Below, in pieces: positions 61,649 to 64,000 of a stretch of DNA of 64,000 nucleotides. Position 1 is the stretch's first letter. Every line of letters begins with the position of its first letter. The DNA is from Eukaryota sp. GEM-RC1 (lineage: Eukaryota). Position numbers and translations under genes: made by a program. The notes beneath the pieces were generated by a model. The model searched no databases. It was given only the letters and a program-made list of their open reading frames with translations, and was not told the DNA's origin. Location of the stretch: NCBI GenBank assembly GCA_040285855.1, contig JAUFOQ010000003.1:62001-126000 (forward strand), given 5' to 3'.

Positions 61649-63120
61649 ATGTCCCACTCTTTCAGGAAAAGACTCAAGTCTGAGATAATCAAGTCCAAGT
61701 ATACCCATGATAACCTGTCCTTTGCTTTCTCTAAATGCTTTAATGAAACTGAGGTTGGTGTCAATCTCCGCAATGATCTTCTTCAAAAACTGATAACTCC
61801 CACATCTACCAAACCCACTGTTGACTTATTATCTAAACCCATGGAAAACCACAGCGTTATCTCATCCTTCCGTTCTCGGTGGGAATCCCACGTTGTAGCT
61901 GCACTGGACGACCTACGCAGGGAAATGGTTATCCCTCTTATATGTCATCCGTCCAAGTCTAATGTCGACCATTCCTCTCTAAGATACATTTGGGAGCCAT
62001 CTGAACTCCTTGCTGTTCTTACTTCCATCAACCCTCCTAACTCCTGCATTACTCAACCCACGTGGTCTCTCATTAAGCTTTCCCTACACACACCTTCCTT
62101 CTCCACTCTAACTGGCAATTTCCACTTCTTGAATCCTTCTCATTGTCATTTTGGATTTGATGATCTTGTTGACGTTCCTCAATCATCAGAGTTGATTGCA
62201 AGATTAAAGGTTGCTGAATCTGTGATCAAAAGAATTATCCTTTGTTATCGCAACATTATTTAAAATTTGGTTGTTGTTCATCTCATCGACCTTCGCTTTG
62301 GGCCCAGTGTTTAGGTTTAAATTTTAAAAATCAATTCCGAAATAGTGTTTCCCAAATGTCGACAGAGCAGTTTGTATTTGAATCACTTTTAAATAATTCC
62401 GAAGATTGTTCCTTAATTGTTGATCATTTAATGGTTATGGACGCTCGAATGAATGCTCAGAACGACTCTTTTTTCCCATTTGAAGAGAAAATTCAAAATT
62501 TATTAACTGCTTTCAACCGTGATTCTAGAATTTTAAACGAATTGGTTCTGAACAAAACTTCTTTTCTGGAACCTCCAATGTTAATTACAATGAATGGGAA
62601 CTCTGTTAACTTCCCTCCAAGTGGTGTGATTCCCTTTAAGGGAATTTCTTTATTTGCCGCCTTTTGTTGTTACTTAAGCTCGGATGATTGTATTGCCTAT
62701 CAGTATTTCTTTAAACTGTATTCTAAATATTTTAGCAAATTAAATTGTTTCAGTGGCCAGAATCAGTGCATTTTGTATCTGTGTGATTTATTTGAAAATT
62801 TGCTGTTGGAGGTCGACATTGATTTGGTCAAGTTCATGATTTCTCTTGGAGTATTTCCTCTAAAAATTGCATTTTCCTGGATATTTTACGGATTTTTAAA
62901 TTATTTGGCAATGGACCAAATATTTGTTTTATGGGACAGAATAATTGCTTTTGATTCCTTGGATTTTCTTCCTTTAATGGCCGTTGCTATCTTTGTTTTC
63001 CGTAAAGACAGTATCCTTAAATGTACCTGTGAAGATGAGATTTATGAACTTTTTCAAGATGGATCTTTACTTTTAGTTATGCCATTGCTGCAATCATTGT
63101 TGTTCAAAACAAGTAGTTGA
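61649..63120 (+). CDS. TBC1D19-like Rab-GAP domain protein; one A missing at ~62228-62231
   Basis: LRNDL, WESHVV..L..EMVIPL, RPSLW, NDSFFPFEE, FPPSGVIPFKG, LKIAFSWI and LWDRIIAFDSLDFLPLMAVAIFVFR. Confidence 0.85.
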
Positions 63121-63725
63121 GATTGTGGAAATTTCTCGAATTGTAGTGTGTAAAGTGTATAGAGCTGTTCAAAAGTGGACTTATTTGAAAAATTCAAATG
63201 TGTGGTTCTGAATTGTTTCAGTTTTTTTTGAGTATTAACCAGACTACATTTGATAGTTATTTAACTTACTATTGGGTTAATACTTGAATTCTTTTGATTT
63301 ATCTTATCTAAACTGGTGTCGATCTGAACAATATTTCTGACAATGTTTGGGTTGATTCCCAACTCGATGTACATTTTTAAAATTTGTGTATTTAAAATTA
63401 ATGATGACGAATAAAACACATTGCAAACTTCTTTTCATTAGTGTACATGTACTGCGTCATATTATTATCTCTACTCAGTGTAGCTCTACTCTGATACTGA
63501 TATTACCGAGTCTGGTGGCTTTGAGTGACTTCAATCAAATGGAATTTATGATTAGTCCAAAGGAATATTCTAGATTATCGCTTTGACACCACCATAACCG
63601 AACACAATCAACTTGTCTTCAAGTTCAATTTCTGAAGACTATTTATTGCTTGTATTGTCATTCGTTCGTTAACAGAACAATTTATCCTGTTAAAGAACAA
63701 GTTTGTACTGATAATTGTGTTTATG

Positions 63726-64000
63726 AAACTGGTTTTATGATCAATCAGTAAAATCAATGCACTTGCAGAAATTAATAAATAACAGACACGAACTAAAATA
63801 TCTAAACTATGATCCTTCTGTCCATGACTAAACAACTTACCTAAAATTGAATTAAAATATCTATGCATTGAACGGAACAACGCAAACGTTAACCTACTCA
63901 ACCAAAAAATGCCATTGAAAACTTTACCATACTCAGAACACAATTTACCAAAGGAAGTTAAAAAACCTTGTGCAGCTGGTCCAATATTACCGTATATCGA
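63726..64000 (-). mobile_element. 3' end of a CRE-like retrotransposon (continues beyond the window)
   Basis: Highly similar to 9004-9285: GNIGPAAQ, FWLSRLTFALFRSMHRYFNSILGKLFSHGQKDH and the same terminal TTTATGATCAATCAG. Confidence 0.88.

Noticed and set aside
1..64000. Non-standard genetic code, tRNA/rRNA genes, CRISPR arrays
   Set aside because: Conserved genes end in TAA, TAG and TGA, and breaks are frameshifts rather than in-frame stops; no tRNA, rRNA or repeat-spacer pattern was recognised by eye.

Overview
AT-rich eukaryotic (probably protist) DNA with two compartments. About 1-42 kb is a mobile-element and variable-gene zone. It opens with the 3' end of a Fanzor1 (eukaryotic TnpB-like RNA-guided nuclease) followed by a hairpin-rich candidate omegaRNA. 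It also holds many degenerate CRE-like (RT plus restriction-like endonuclease) non-LTR retrotransposon pieces, MULE and Tc1/IS630-like relics, and several hAT elements or MITEs with clear TIRs and 8-bp TSDs, some nested. Genes in this zone include LRR genes, a BTB-SEL1 gene, a ThrE exporter, and a ~4-5 kb inverted duplication carrying a RING/B-box-like/RCC1 E3 gene next to an LRR gene. About 42.6-63.1 kb is compact and nearly intronless housekeeping DNA: GPR180/TMEM145-like (28-nt intron), ICMT, Nudix hydrolase, a bacterial-type homospermidine synthase, ATG18/WIPI-like, Mei2-like, RPA3-like, EFL1, a possible GSAP-like gene, eIF4B-like and TBC1D19-like. Many conserved genes are broken by single-base indels in homopolymers, most likely long-read consensus errors. 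Both Fanzor frameshifts are of that type, so the Fanzor may really be intact, but with Asn in place of the RuvC-III Asp. All protein assignments come from motif recognition by eye, not database searches, and relic boundaries are approximate.
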